Below the pieces are notes generated by a model. It saw only the letters and a program-made list of their open reading frames with translations. It did not search any database and had not been told where the DNA came from. Below are positions 40,255-50,495 of a stretch of DNA of 64,000 nucleotides, in pieces. How positions within the stretch are numbered: the stretch's first letter is position 1; each line of letters starts with the position of its first letter. Source of the DNA: an uncultured Sphingobium sp. (GTDB taxonomy: Bacteria > Pseudomonadota > Alphaproteobacteria > Sphingomonadales > Sphingomonadaceae); assembly GCA_965653535.1 (NCBI GenBank), contig CBFHAG010000005.1:6037-70036 (forward strand), given 5' to 3'. Both the position numbers and the translations under genes were made by a program.

Positions 40255-42549
40255 ATGGACATGAAGAATTTGGCACGGCTTTTTCTTGCAGGCACGGCAC
40301 TGCCGTTTGGCTTGATCGCCGCCAGCTCGGCAAGCGCTCAGCAGGCGGAGGCGCTGGACAGCGGCATGGCGCCCGAGATCATCGTCACCGCGCAAAAGCG
40401 TGAACAGAATCTGCAGGACGTGCCGATGACGGTCAATGTCGTCAGCGGCAAGGCGATCGAAGACCTGAAGATTTTCGACGTTCGCGAACTCAACACGCTG
40501 GCGCCCGGCCTGTCGTTGCAGAATGTGAACGGCAGCGAAGCGACGATTTCGCTGCGCGGCGTGCCCTATAATCCCAACACTGGTGCGCCCGATGCCGTCG
40601 ACATCTACCTGAACGAAGCGTCGTTCCAGTCGGATTCCGCGTTCCAGGCGCTGTATGACGTGGGTCAGATAGAAGTGCTTCGCGGTCCGCAGGGATCGCT
40701 GCGTGGTCGTACCTCGCCAGCCGGTGCGATCACGATCGCCACCCGCCAGCCGAGCTTCGACAAGATCGAAGGCTATGTGCAGGGATCGCTGTCCGACGAT
40801 GGTCTCTATAACCTGCAGGGCGGCATTGGCGGCCCGATCGTGCAGGATAAGATCGCTGTGCGGATCGCCGGGCTGCTCGATCGCAACCGGCTGGATCAGG
40901 TGCGCAACATCACGACCGGCGAGCGCAACCGCCGCTGGGTGGACAGTATTCGCGGCACCGTGTCGGTCAAGCCGACCGAAACGCTGACGGTCACGGCGAT
41001 GTATCAGTATATCAACGCGAAGAACCGGGTGAGCCGCCAGGTCATCGGTGAAGGTTCCGCTGTGTCCGGCCATGGCCCGCTGACCGCAGAGGATCGCGCC
41101 GCCGTGGCGGAGGTCGCGCCCATCTACCGCAAGAAGTCGCATGTCGGCATATTGACGGCCGATCTCGACCTGGACACCGTGGCGCTGCATTATATCGGCA
41201 GCATCCAGTCTAATCCGGCCTATAATGTCGTCGATCAGGATGCAGCTGACGCCGTGCCGGGATATAGCGCTCCGCAGATCGTCGACAGCAGCCAGAAGCT
41301 GATGACCCAGGAAATCCGCCTGCAATCGGTCGGCGAGAATTTCTGGAACTGGATGGTTGGCGCTTATTATGAGCGAGTACGCACCAGCACCTTCGTAACG
41401 CAGACCAATGACAGCTTCTTCCCGCCGTTCACCACGCCGGTATTCAGCATCGGGGTGGGCATCGATGTTCCAGCAAATGCCGACAAGATCGCCTTCTTCA
41501 TGCTGCACCGCTTCAAGCTGACGGACAAGCTGACCTTTGAAGGCGGGCTGCGTTACAACCGGCTGAAGTCGCGCCGCCAGAGCACGCTCTTCCTCGACAT
41601 ACCCGGCATGCCGCTGCCGCCGATCGACACGATCTCGTCGGACAATGAAGAGGTGAAGGAAAATCCTTTCACCGGCAACGCCAGCCTGACCTATGAAATC
41701 AGCCCTCAGGCGACGGTTTATGCGTCCTACGGGCGGTCGTTCCGGCCCGGCAATCCCGCCGTCGGCCTGACCGCTGCACTGGGACAGGATCTGCTCGTTT
41801 CAGGTTCCGAAACGTCGGATCAGGTCGAAATCGGCTTCAAGGGTCGGACAGCGGACGACAGGCTGCGCCTGACGGTCGCGGCTTTCTACCAGAAGTTCAA
41901 GGGTTTCCTCAGCAACACGGCGGGCGTCTATTACCGCGATCCCATTTCCGGGCTTGTCGAGGATAGCTTTGGATTCAACTTCAACGGGGACGCAAAGGTC
42001 AAGGGCATCGAAGTTCAGGCGGATATTCGCCCGTCGCGCAACTTCACGCTGTCGATCAACGCCGCCTATGCACGCGGCCGCTATGACAATGCGCTGGCCC
42101 CCTGCAATGACTTCAACCAGGATGGTCAGCCCGATGCGATCGGCACGCCTGTGGTCACGCCGGGTCAGGATGTCAGCCGCTGCGTCATCAATGGCCGCAT
42201 CGGTGAGGACCCGGACTTCTCGCTGACGCTGCTGCCCAGCTTCCGTCATCCGATCGGCGCGCTGGAAGGCTTCATCAACGGCAGCTTCAACTTCCGGCCT
42301 GCCTTCACCTCGCAGATGGTGCCGGGCTACCGCTATCCGTCGCAGGAGATGCTGAACCTGTTCGCCGGATTGCGCGATCCGGGCACCGGGTGGGAGCTGA
42401 CGGTCTGGGCGAAGAATGTCTTCAACTTGACGCGTATCACCAGCTTCAGCGACTCCAACGCTCTGCAGGGGGCGTTCGATTCCGGCTACCGGATTTCGGC
42501 GGTGACCGCGCCGCGTGAATTCGGCGTTACCGCGAAGCTCGACTTCTGA
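40255..42549 (+). CDS. TonB-dependent receptor
   Basis: EIIVTAQKREQNLQDVP, QIEVLRGPQGSLRGR, PREFGVTAKLDF. Confidence 0.93.
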   Translation: MDMKNLARLFLAGTALPFGLIAASSASAQQAEALDSGMAPEIIVTAQKREQNLQDVPMTVNVVSGKAIEDLKIFDVRELNTLAPGLSLQNVNGSEATISLRGVPYNPNTGAPDAVDIYLNEASFQSDSAFQALYDVGQIEVLRGPQGSLRGRTSPAGAITIATRQPSFDKIEGYVQGSLSDDGLYNLQGGIGGPIVQDKIAVRIAGLLDRNRLDQVRNITTGERNRRWVDSIRGTVSVKPTETLTVTAMYQYINAKNRVSRQVIGEGSAVSGHGPLTAEDRAAVAEVAPIYRKKSHVGILTADLDLDTVALHYIGSIQSNPAYNVVDQDAADAVPGYSAPQIVDSSQKLMTQEIRLQSVGENFWNWMVGAYYERVRTSTFVTQTNDSFFPPFTTPVFSIGVGIDVPANADKIAFFMLHRFKLTDKLTFEGGLRYNRLKSRRQSTLFLDIPGMPLPPIDTISSDNEEVKENPFTGNASLTYEISPQATVYASYGRSFRPGNPAVGLTAALGQDLLVSGSETSDQVEIGFKGRTADDRLRLTVAAFYQKFKGFLSNTAGVYYRDPISGLVEDSFGFNFNGDAKVKGIEVQADIRPSRNFTLSINAAYARGRYDNALAPCNDFNQDGQPDAIGTPVVTPGQDVSRCVINGRIGEDPDFSLTLLPSFRHPIGALEGFINGSFNFRPAFTSQMVPGYRYPSQEMLNLFAGLRDPGTGWELTVWAKNVFNLTRITSFSDSNALQGAFDSGYRISAVTAPREFGVTAKLDF

Positions 42550-42572
42550 TCGCAAATGACAGGGACGGCGCG

Positions 42573-44243
42573 ATGATCTGGGCACAGAATTACGACCCGT
42601 TTGGCAACGGTTTGCTCTCGGCCCTGGTCGCCGCCGTCCCCGTCGTCGTACTGTTGGGCGCGATCGGCCTGTTCCATGTGCGGGCGCACATCGCCGCGCT
42701 CATGGGCCTGGGCGCAGGGTTGGCCATCGCCGTGCTGGCTTTTGGTATGCCTGCGGCCTTGGCGGTGCGCGCGGCTGGTTTCGGGGCGGCCTATGGGTTG
42801 CTGCCGATCGGCTGGATCGTGCTCAACATCATCTTCCTCTATCAGCTGACGGAAACGACAGGGCAGTTCCACGTCCTGCGTGGCGCGATCACCTCGATCA
42901 CTGCGGACAGCCGGTTACAGCTGCTGCTGATCGCCTTCTGCTTCGGCGCTTTCTTCGAAGGTGCGGCAGGTTTTGGGACGCCGGTCGCGGTGACCGGAGC
43001 GATGCTGATCGGCCTTGGCTTCACGCGGTTGCAGGCTTCAGGCCTGTCGCTGATCGCCAATACTGCGCCCGTGGCCTTCGGCGCACTGGGCACGCCGCTG
43101 GTCACGCTGGCAGGCGTGACGGGCCTGCCACTGCTCGAACTGTCGGCGATGGTCGGGCGGCAGATGACACCGTTTGCCATCATTGTGCCTTTCTGGCTGC
43201 TGGTCGCCTATTGCGGGTGGCGGCGGACGATGGAGGTGCTGCCTGCGGTGCTCGTCGCAGGCGTCAGCTTCGCGCTGGTGCAGCTGCTCATCTCCAACCT
43301 TCACGGCCCATGGTTGACCTCGATCGGGGCGGCGCTCGCTTCGATCGGCGCGCTGATCGCCTTCCTGCAAGTCTGGAAGCCCGCGCGGATTATGCACGTC
43401 AATGAGGCGAAGCTCGCCGCCGGTGACGAGCGGGACGTGGCGGCAACCATTGACGCGGCCCATGCCCAGCCGCTGCATGATCCCGCCGCTGTCCGGCGCG
43501 CCTGGATGCCGTGGATCATCCTGACAGGCTGCGTTTTCCTATGGGGGCTTCCCTTCATGAAGCAGGGGCTGGACGCCATCTTCGCGCTGCGCCTGCCCTT
43601 CGCTGGGTTGGACGGCGTGATCCAGCGCCTGCCCCCGGTCGTCACCGCGCCGGAGTTTGAGAAGGCGGTCTATAACCTCAACCTGCTGTCGGCGACGGGG
43701 ACGGCGATATTGGTCGCGGCCCTTGCCTCCGCAATGCTGTTGCGTGTGCCAGCGCGCACGGTCGGCCTCGTCTATCTGCGCACGTGGAAGCTGGTATTTC
43801 CATCACTGCTCACCATCGCGGCGATGCTGGCGCTGGGTTATCTCACGCGTTTTGGCGGTATCGATGCGTCCATGGGCCTGGCCTTCGCGGCGACGGGCGT
43901 GCTCTATCCCTTCTTCGGCACCATGCTGGGGTGGCTGGGTGTAGCCGTCACCGGATCGGACACGGCGTCCAACGTGCTGTTTGGCGGCCTGCAAAAGATC
44001 ACTGCCGAGCAACTGAACCTATCCCCCGTGTTGATGGCGGGCGCGAATAGCGCGGGCGGGGTGATGGGCAAGATGATCGACGCGCAAAGCATCGTCGTCG
44101 CCTCTACCGCTACCCAATGGTTCGGGCAGGAGGGCCGTATCCTGCGCCATGTCTTCGTCCACAGCCTGGTGCTGGGTTCGTTGATCGGTCTTTTCGTGAT
44201 GCTGCAAGCTTATGTCTATCCCTTCACTCTCCTTGTTCCCTGA
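42573..44243 (+). CDS. L-lactate/glycolate permease (LctP/GlcA family)
   Basis: CFGAFFEGAAGFGTP, ANTAPVAFGALGTP, GSDTASNVLFG, GKMIDAQSI. Confidence 0.92.
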   Translation: MIWAQNYDPFGNGLLSALVAAVPVVVLLGAIGLFHVRAHIAALMGLGAGLAIAVLAFGMPAALAVRAAGFGAAYGLLPIGWIVLNIIFLYQLTETTGQFHVLRGAITSITADSRLQLLLIAFCFGAFFEGAAGFGTPVAVTGAMLIGLGFTRLQASGLSLIANTAPVAFGALGTPLVTLAGVTGLPLLELSAMVGRQMTPFAIIVPFWLLVAYCGWRRTMEVLPAVLVAGVSFALVQLLISNLHGPWLTSIGAALASIGALIAFLQVWKPARIMHVNEAKLAAGDERDVAATIDAAHAQPLHDPAAVRRAWMPWIILTGCVFLWGLPFMKQGLDAIFALRLPFAGLDGVIQRLPPVVTAPEFEKAVYNLNLLSATGTAILVAALASAMLLRVPARTVGLVYLRTWKLVFPSLLTIAAMLALGYLTRFGGIDASMGLAFAATGVLYPFFGTMLGWLGVAVTGSDTASNVLFGGLQKITAEQLNLSPVLMAGANSAGGVMGKMIDAQSIVVASTATQWFGQEGRILRHVFVHSLVLGSLIGLFVMLQAYVYPFTLLVP

Positions 44244-44256
44244 CGAGGCGCGCGCT

Positions 44257-45567
44257 TTGCCCGATCGGATTGTCGCCGCGCGCGCCCTGTTGAAAAGCAT
44301 CTATCTGGAAGCGATCGAGTCGGTGCGTGGCGAACGGCTGATCGAAGCGCTGGAGAGGCCTGAGGGCGACCGCTGGCGCATCCGGCATGGCGGCGCGGAA
44401 ATCGACTGGCCGCTGCCCCCCGGCGGGCGCATCGTTGTAATCGGAGCTGGGAAGGCCGTAGGGTCGCTGGCCAAGGGGCTGGAAACCATATTGGGGGACC
44501 GGATCACCGACGGGTGCATCATCATTAAGCATCATCATCACGAACCGCTGACCCGCATCCGCCAGTTGGAAGCCGGGCATCCCATTCCCGACGCTCATGG
44601 TGTCGAGGCGACTCGTGAGATGCTGCGCACCGTCGAGGGTTTGACAGAGCGCGACACTGTGATCGTGCTGCTGACGGGCGGCGCTTCGGCATTGATGGTC
44701 GCGCCGGTCGATGGTGTCACGCTGGAGGAGAAGGCTGCCGTCACCGAAATGTTGTTGCGGTCCGGCGCGTCGATCGAGGAAATTAATTCGGTTCGCAAAC
44801 GCCTGTCGCGGGTCAAGGGCGGACAGCTGCTGGACCGGATCGGCCCGGCGTCCGCCCTGACCCTGCTGATTTCCGACATACCCAGTGGCGACATCGGCAT
44901 GATCGGATCGGGGCCGACCATCGCGGCGGACGAGAGTCAGGAGGACGCCACCGCGATCCTCACTCGATATGGCCTGAGCTGTCAGATACCCGAATCGATC
45001 AGGCTCACACTCAACCGGAAACAGGGTTGCGCGCAAACGGCACAGGGGCAAAACGCGGCGATTTTGCTGGCGGACAGCGCCACTTTGGTGGAGACAGTGC
45101 ACGCTATCGCTGCCCGGGAGGGATTGGCGGTGCGAAATGTCGATACTGCCATGGCGGGCAACACCCATGTCGCGGCGCAAGCGATGGCGACCACCCTGCG
45201 TGCCATCCCACAGCAGGAGCGTCCGGCGTTGCTGGTTTCAGCAGGTGAAACGACGCTTCAGGTGAAGGGCGAAGGCCGCGGCGGACGCAATCAGGAATAT
45301 GCGCTGGTCGTCGCGATGGCCCTGGCGGGAGCAACCGATGTTGCGCTTCTTTCCGCCGGAACGGATGGAACCGACGGTCCCACCGATGCGGCGGGGGCGT
45401 TCGCCGACGGCGCGGTGGTCCAGCGCGCTCAGCAGGCGGGAATCGACCCCGCAGACGCACTGATGCGTAATGACAGCCATGCGCTGTTCGACGCGACGGG
45501 CGATCTGTTCCACACGGGACCCACGGGCACCAACGTTATGGATCTTGTCCTTGGCATTGCATTCTAA
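44257..45567 (+). CDS. Type-2 glycerate kinase (DUF4147/MOFRL), copy 2
   Basis: GAGKA, AGHPIPD, LTGGASAL, GETTL, GGRNQE, TDGTDGPTDAAG, TGPTGTNVMD. TTG start is inferred. Confidence 0.88.
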   Translation: MPDRIVAARALLKSIYLEAIESVRGERLIEALERPEGDRWRIRHGGAEIDWPLPPGGRIVVIGAGKAVGSLAKGLETILGDRITDGCIIIKHHHHEPLTRIRQLEAGHPIPDAHGVEATREMLRTVEGLTERDTVIVLLTGGASALMVAPVDGVTLEEKAAVTEMLLRSGASIEEINSVRKRLSRVKGGQLLDRIGPASALTLLISDIPSGDIGMIGSGPTIAADESQEDATAILTRYGLSCQIPESIRLTLNRKQGCAQTAQGQNAAILLADSATLVETVHAIAAREGLAVRNVDTAMAGNTHVAAQAMATTLRAIPQQERPALLVSAGETTLQVKGEGRGGRNQEYALVVAMALAGATDVALLSAGTDGTDGPTDAAGAFADGAVVQRAQQAGIDPADALMRNDSHALFDATGDLFHTGPTGTNVMDLVLGIAF

Positions 45568-45597
45568 GTGGCTGGATCAGGAAGAGAGGAAGAGAAC

Positions 45598-46389
45598 ATG
45601 GTGAAGCTAGCGGCCAATCTGTCGATGATGTTCCAGGACCTGCCCTTTCTGGACCGTTTCGACGCGGCGGCAGCGGCTGGGTTCAAGGGCGTGGAGTTTA
45701 TGTTTCCCTATGACCATGACGAACGGCAGCTGGCCGCGCATGCTCGGCAGTGCGGTCTGGAGGTGGTGCTGTTCAACTTGCCAGCGGGTGATTGGGCCGC
45801 TGGAGAGCGAGGCATCGGAGCGCTGCCCGACCGGGTCGGGGAATTTCGCGAGAGCGTCGCGAAGGGACTGGACTATGCCCGCGCGCTGCAATGCCCGCGC
45901 CTTCACCTGATGGCAGGCAAAGCTTTGTCTAACACGGAAAACCGGTCGGTCCTGGCGGAGAATATCCGTCATGCCGCCACGCTTGCCGCCGCCGATCGCA
46001 TCGAGATATTGATCGAGCCGATCAACACGCGCGTTGATATTCCAGGCTATTTCTACGGCACCACCGCAGAAGCGCTGTCGGTCATTGATGAAGCGAACTG
46101 CGCCAACGTCCGACTGCAATATGACATTTATCATATGCAGATCATGGAAGGTGACCTCGCCCGCACGATCGAGCGGCTGCTTCCGCGCATCGGGCATATG
46201 CAGCTGGCCGACAACCCGGGCCGCGCCGAACCGGGTAGTGGCGAGATAAACTATCCCTGGCTGCTCAGCCACATCGACGCGCTGGGCTATACGGGCTGGA
46301 TCGGATGTGAATATCGCCCGGCAGGTGACACGAGGGCAGGGCTGGGCTGGGCGGGCGATTATCTCAAATCTCAGGAGAGCATGACATGA
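45598..46389 (+). CDS. hyi: Hydroxypyruvate isomerase
   Basis: AANLSMMF, GVEFMFPY, NLPAGDWAAGERGI, IEPIN, QYDIYHMQIMEGD, ADNPGRAEPGSGEINY. Confidence 0.88.
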   Translation: MVKLAANLSMMFQDLPFLDRFDAAAAAGFKGVEFMFPYDHDERQLAAHARQCGLEVVLFNLPAGDWAAGERGIGALPDRVGEFRESVAKGLDYARALQCPRLHLMAGKALSNTENRSVLAENIRHAATLAAADRIEILIEPINTRVDIPGYFYGTTAEALSVIDEANCANVRLQYDIYHMQIMEGDLARTIERLLPRIGHMQLADNPGRAEPGSGEINYPWLLSHIDALGYTGWIGCEYRPAGDTRAGLGWAGDYLKSQESMT

Positions 46390-47273
46390 GGATCGGTTTC
46401 ATTGGCCTTGGCATTATGGGACGGCCCATGGCCGGGCATCTGCAAGCGGCGGGTCATGCCATCTACAGCTGCGCGAACCGCACACCGATGCCGGAGGAAC
46501 TGCGCGAAGGTGGCGCGGTCGCCTGCGCCACGCCTGCGGAAGTGGCCGCACAGGTGGAATGCCTGATCCTGATGCTGCCCGATACGCCGGATGTCGAACG
46601 CGTGCTGTTCGGCGCGGATGGCGTCGCGCAGGGGCTGAAGCCCGGCGCGACCGTCATCGACATGAGCTCCATCGACCCTATCGCGACGCGCGACTTTGCG
46701 GCCCGGATCGAGGCTTTGGGCTGTGCCTATGTCGACGCGCCGGTGTCCGGCGGCGAAGTAGGCGCAAAGAACGCCGCGCTCACCATCATGTGCGGCGGCA
46801 GGGAAGACGTGTTCGAAAAGGTCCGCCTCCTGTTGGAACTGATGGGCAAGAACATCACGCTGGTAGGCGATGTGGGGGCGGGACAGGTGACGAAGGTCGC
46901 CAACCAGATCATCGTTGCGCTCAACATCGAAGCGGTATCCGAAGCGCTGGTCTTTGCGTCGAAGGCTGGGGCCGACCCTGCCCGCGTGCGTGAGGCGCTG
47001 ATGGGTGGCTTTGCGGCATCACGCGTGCTGGAGGTGCATGGTCAGCGAATGATTGACCGGACATTTGACCCCGGTTTTCGCATCCGGCTGCACCAGAAGG
47101 ACCTGAACCTGGCGCTGTCGGGCGCTCGCTCGCTTGGGATCGCTTTGCCTGCAACCGCGAACGCGCAGCAGCTGTTCAGCAGTTGCGTCGCGCATGGTGA
47201 TGGCGACAAGGACCATAGCGCGATGGTCATGGCGTTGGAGCGGGCTGCCAACCACGGGGTGGGCACTGCATAA
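46386..47273 (+). CDS. glxR: 2-hydroxy-3-oxopropionate (tartronate semialdehyde) reductase
   Basis: GFIGLGIMG, DAPVSGGEVGA, KVANQIIVALNIEAVSEAL, EVHGQRM, HQKDLNLAL. Confidence 0.92.
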   Translation: MRIGFIGLGIMGRPMAGHLQAAGHAIYSCANRTPMPEELREGGAVACATPAEVAAQVECLILMLPDTPDVERVLFGADGVAQGLKPGATVIDMSSIDPIATRDFAARIEALGCAYVDAPVSGGEVGAKNAALTIMCGGREDVFEKVRLLLELMGKNITLVGDVGAGQVTKVANQIIVALNIEAVSEALVFASKAGADPARVREALMGGFAASRVLEVHGQRMIDRTFDPGFRIRLHQKDLNLALSGARSLGIALPATANAQQLFSSCVAHGDGDKDHSAMVMALERAANHGVGTA

Positions 47274-47309
47274 TGATGCGTTGCAGATGTTTCGTCGGGC
47301 GACCGGCTT

Positions 47310-48113
47310 TCAATAAAGTGCGATGACCCGCGCGGGCATTCCGGTCGCCTGATCCAGCGGCGCGACTCCGGCGAACAGGAGGCCGCCGGACGCGGGCGCG
47401 CGATCAAGGTTGGTCAGCGCCTCCAGACCCCATCGTCCGCTCCGCAGCCACGACAGATGAACCGGGAAATCCGGCATGGATTCCCCGGCATCCAGCGACA
47501 TGGTATCGACGCCGATGCCATTTACGTCCCGCTTCATCAGCATGTCGATCGCCGCCGCATCGAAGCCGGGACTCTTGCGCCGTTCAGCCGGTGAAAGACT
47601 GCCATAGCGCGCCATCATGGTGAGCGGGTCCCAGCCGGACAGCATCGCGACGCAGGCGCCGGCGGGGATGCGGCCATGGCGACGCTCCCACGCGGCAAGG
47701 TCGTCCGGCATGACGCGGGCGTCGCGATCCTTGGCTGCCTTTTGCCTTATGTCGATGACGGCGAGCGGGACGATCAACTGGCTGATCGGCAAGTCACCGA
47801 CAGAGGCACCATCGGGTGCGAAATGGCGCGGTGCGTCCAGATGGGTTCCGGTATGTTCGACGATCGAGACGCGGTTGAGCGCCATTCCGGCCTTCGAACC
47901 TGACCCCTGCACTGCTTCCATGGACAGGCGGTCGGGGGTGAAGGCGAAGGCGCGCGTCAGCTTGTGCGTGAGGTCCAGAATATGGAGTTGTTGCCCGTGC
48001 AGGGGCAGGCTGGCCGCGTCCGGTGTGACTGCCGCCGCATCCCCGCGCGATCCGCTGCCCAGAGCGATCGCCCCTAATGTGGTCAGGGCCAGAATGTCGC
48101 GGCGATCCATCAT
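47310..48113 (-). CDS. Tat-exported cyclase-family (kynurenine-formamidase-like) metal hydrolase
   Basis: DRRDIL signal; EHTGTHLDAPRHF, GIGVDTMSLD, EALTNL, GMPARV. Confidence 0.85.
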   Translation of the reverse strand: MMDRRDILALTTLGAIALGSGSRGDAAAVTPDAASLPLHGQQLHILDLTHKLTRAFAFTPDRLSMEAVQGSGSKAGMALNRVSIVEHTGTHLDAPRHFAPDGASVGDLPISQLIVPLAVIDIRQKAAKDRDARVMPDDLAAWERRHGRIPAGACVAMLSGWDPLTMMARYGSLSPAERRKSPGFDAAAIDMLMKRDVNGIGVDTMSLDAGESMPDFPVHLSWLRSGRWGLEALTNLDRAPASGGLLFAGVAPLDQATGMPARVIALY

Positions 48114-48130
48114 GCGGGCGCTCCTGCTGT

Positions 48131-50335
48131 TCAAGCCAGATCGATGGCGACGACTTCGTGGAAATCGATGTGCGGCACTTCGACCTCGACCCATCCGTCA
48201 TTGCCTTGCATCGGCATGGTCACCCCTGCTGTCAACAGCCGCGCCTGCACGGCGCGCTGGCCTTGGGGAATCTGCAGGCGAACGCGATAGGGTCCGGTCC
48301 TGATCGCCTCGCGATAGCTGCCCTGCATGGTCATGGGATTGTTCAAGTTGACCAGATGCGCCGTAACGGATTTGTCCTGCCGCCAACAGGCAATGTCCAG
48401 CAGCCCCGGCCCGTCAATCTGCAAGGGATGGGCTTCCTCATGCGCCCAATCGAGCATTGCCTGCATCAGCCGGAGATGATCGCCGTGACTAAGCTCGGCG
48501 AAAGTCCGGTCAAGGTCCATGGGCAAATAGACGACGCGGCCCCGCCCGACCTGACGACAGATCGCCATGGGAATGTCGGTTTCCATTTTGTCGCTAAACA
48601 CCCGTTCCATCGGCAGGTCGGGGTAGGTCGGGACCAGCGTCAGTGCTACTTCTGCCGGGTTGCGTGCGGTGACGGGCTGGCGATGGAGCGGTCCGATCGT
48701 GCGGCTGATCTTGCCAAGGCCTGCCATGGCGGAATGCGTGTGGTGCAGCGTTAGATAGGCGTTTTTGAGCGGGCCTTCTGCTTCCCCTGCCGCCGAACAG
48801 CCAAACAGGTCGGCCAGCCCGAAATCCGATCTCTGCCGCCCTTCGCCATCGAACAGAGAGGTTTGATAGGTCGCGACCACCCGCCCGCCGCGGGTCACGA
48901 AGGCGCGGATTTGATCGCATTGCGCGTCGGACAATATGGCTGCATTGGCAAGGATGATCGTGCGGAAACGGGACAGGCTGGCCTGGTCGAGAAAGCCCTC
49001 ATCAATGAGGTCGAACGGCAGCCGCGATTCCAGCGCGGCCTGGTAAAATCCCGCTCCATGTTTTTCCAGTTCCTCACGCTTCGTCCAGCCGCCCAGATAG
49101 GCGGTCGTCGTCGGCGTGTGCAGAAGCCCAACGCGGGCCATATTATGCGTGTTGCGCAGATAATCTTCGTTGGCGTGATGCCAGCTATAGATTTGCCGCA
49201 CCACGTCCATCCAGCGAAGGTCGAGCGGCTTGGCATTGAATTTGGTGATCCAGGGACGTGCGCCCTGGGCGATTGCGCCTGCGGCCCAGATGCGGATTTC
49301 GGCCGGGTCCTGGACGGAATCCTTCCACCGATAGGCCTCTTCAACACCCACGGAAATGATATGGCCGACCGGCTTGTCCTGCATGAAGGCGCGCAATTCC
49401 CGCGTGTAGCGCCCAGCACCCCAGACTTCCGGTCCCGTCGTCCAGGCGGAATGGACAGCGGACCGTGCCTGTCGGTCGCAGAAGGCCAGCGGCAGCCGCT
49501 TGGAAAGATCCGGCCCATCCAGATCCACCAAGCCGCGACGGTCACCGCCGGGGATGAAGAAGGCGTCGGGGCGATATTTGCGCGCCGCCGCGTTCCACAG
49601 GTCGATGAGCGCGAAAGACCGGCGTTCGATCCAGTCGGCGTAACGCTGACCCTCCGGTTTTGACGGGTCGGGGTCAGCCGGAATTTCCTGTCCGGTCGTG
49701 GCGCGGTAGAGGGTTCGGCAGCTTTGGCAATAACAGGTGCCGCTGCCGTTCCAGCGATTGCCGAAGAAGCCGTCCACCGGGTAGCGGCGGGCGATTTCCT
49801 CGATAATCTTTGGCATCAGTTCGAAATTATAGGGACCGTAGGCGCAGGTCAGGGTGAGATCGGGCGCGCTGCCATGGCGCTTGATCTTGCCGTCCTGCCC
49901 GGTCAGCGCCCATTCGGGATGGGCGGCCGCAGCGGCTGCGTTCATGGCATGCGGATCGATCCGCGCGAGCACGCGCATGCCGAGTTTCTTGCACGCCGCC
50001 ACCATGTCGCCGAACGGGTCGACATCCGTGCCGACGCCCTGAGCCATGCCATGATAGGGGATCGCCGTTGGATAGAAGGCGATGCCGCCACCCGCGCTGA
50101 GGCAGACGCCATCGGCATGGATCTGCTGGAAATAGTCGATCCAGAATGAGGGGTCGTACCGGCCCGGATCATCTTCCGTGAAGGCGAGCTGGAACCAGCG
50201 CAACGGCTCGCTCGCCCAATCCGGCGCGCTGTTTCGCCCTATCTTTCGCGCGAAGGCCGGTTCGAGACTCGTCAGCAGCGCCCCAGCTCCAAGGCCCAGG
50301 GCTGTCCGACGATTGAGCGGCAAGATGCCAGGCAT
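48131..50335 (-). CDS. Tat-exported GHL6-like protein (second paralog)
   Basis: NRRTAL signal; GGGIAFYPT...DPFGDMVAACKKLGMRVLARID; CYCQSC; GFYQAALESRLPF. Confidence 0.72.
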   Translation of the reverse strand: MPGILPLNRRTALGLGAGALLTSLEPAFARKIGRNSAPDWASEPLRWFQLAFTEDDPGRYDPSFWIDYFQQIHADGVCLSAGGGIAFYPTAIPYHGMAQGVGTDVDPFGDMVAACKKLGMRVLARIDPHAMNAAAAAAHPEWALTGQDGKIKRHGSAPDLTLTCAYGPYNFELMPKIIEEIARRYPVDGFFGNRWNGSGTCYCQSCRTLYRATTGQEIPADPDPSKPEGQRYADWIERRSFALIDLWNAAARKYRPDAFFIPGGDRRGLVDLDGPDLSKRLPLAFCDRQARSAVHSAWTTGPEVWGAGRYTRELRAFMQDKPVGHIISVGVEEAYRWKDSVQDPAEIRIWAAGAIAQGARPWITKFNAKPLDLRWMDVVRQIYSWHHANEDYLRNTHNMARVGLLHTPTTTAYLGGWTKREELEKHGAGFYQAALESRLPFDLIDEGFLDQASLSRFRTIILANAAILSDAQCDQIRAFVTRGGRVVATYQTSLFDGEGRQRSDFGLADLFGCSAAGEAEGPLKNAYLTLHHTHSAMAGLGKISRTIGPLHRQPVTARNPAEVALTLVPTYPDLPMERVFSDKMETDIPMAICRQVGRGRVVYLPMDLDRTFAELSHGDHLRLMQAMLDWAHEEAHPLQIDGPGLLDIACWRQDKSVTAHLVNLNNPMTMQGSYREAIRTGPYRVRLQIPQGQRAVQARLLTAGVTMPMQGNDGWVEVEVPHIDFHEVVAIDLA

Positions 50336-50495
50336 GATCCTCTCCTTTGATGGAGCGGACTCTAGCCCCGGTTTACCGATCCACAATCGATCTTCCCATG
50401 ATGTGGAACAACAATGGTCGACCGAAATGTCACACGCCTAAAACTATGCTAAGATCGCCCACGGTTCGGCTCAACGCTTATCGACAAAGGCGGGT

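Noticed and set aside
28156-47273. Apiose or tetronate catabolism as the locus function
   Set aside because: Signature enzymes (apionate oxidoisomerase, RuBisCO-like proteins, DUF1537 kinase, transketolase halves) are absent from the window.
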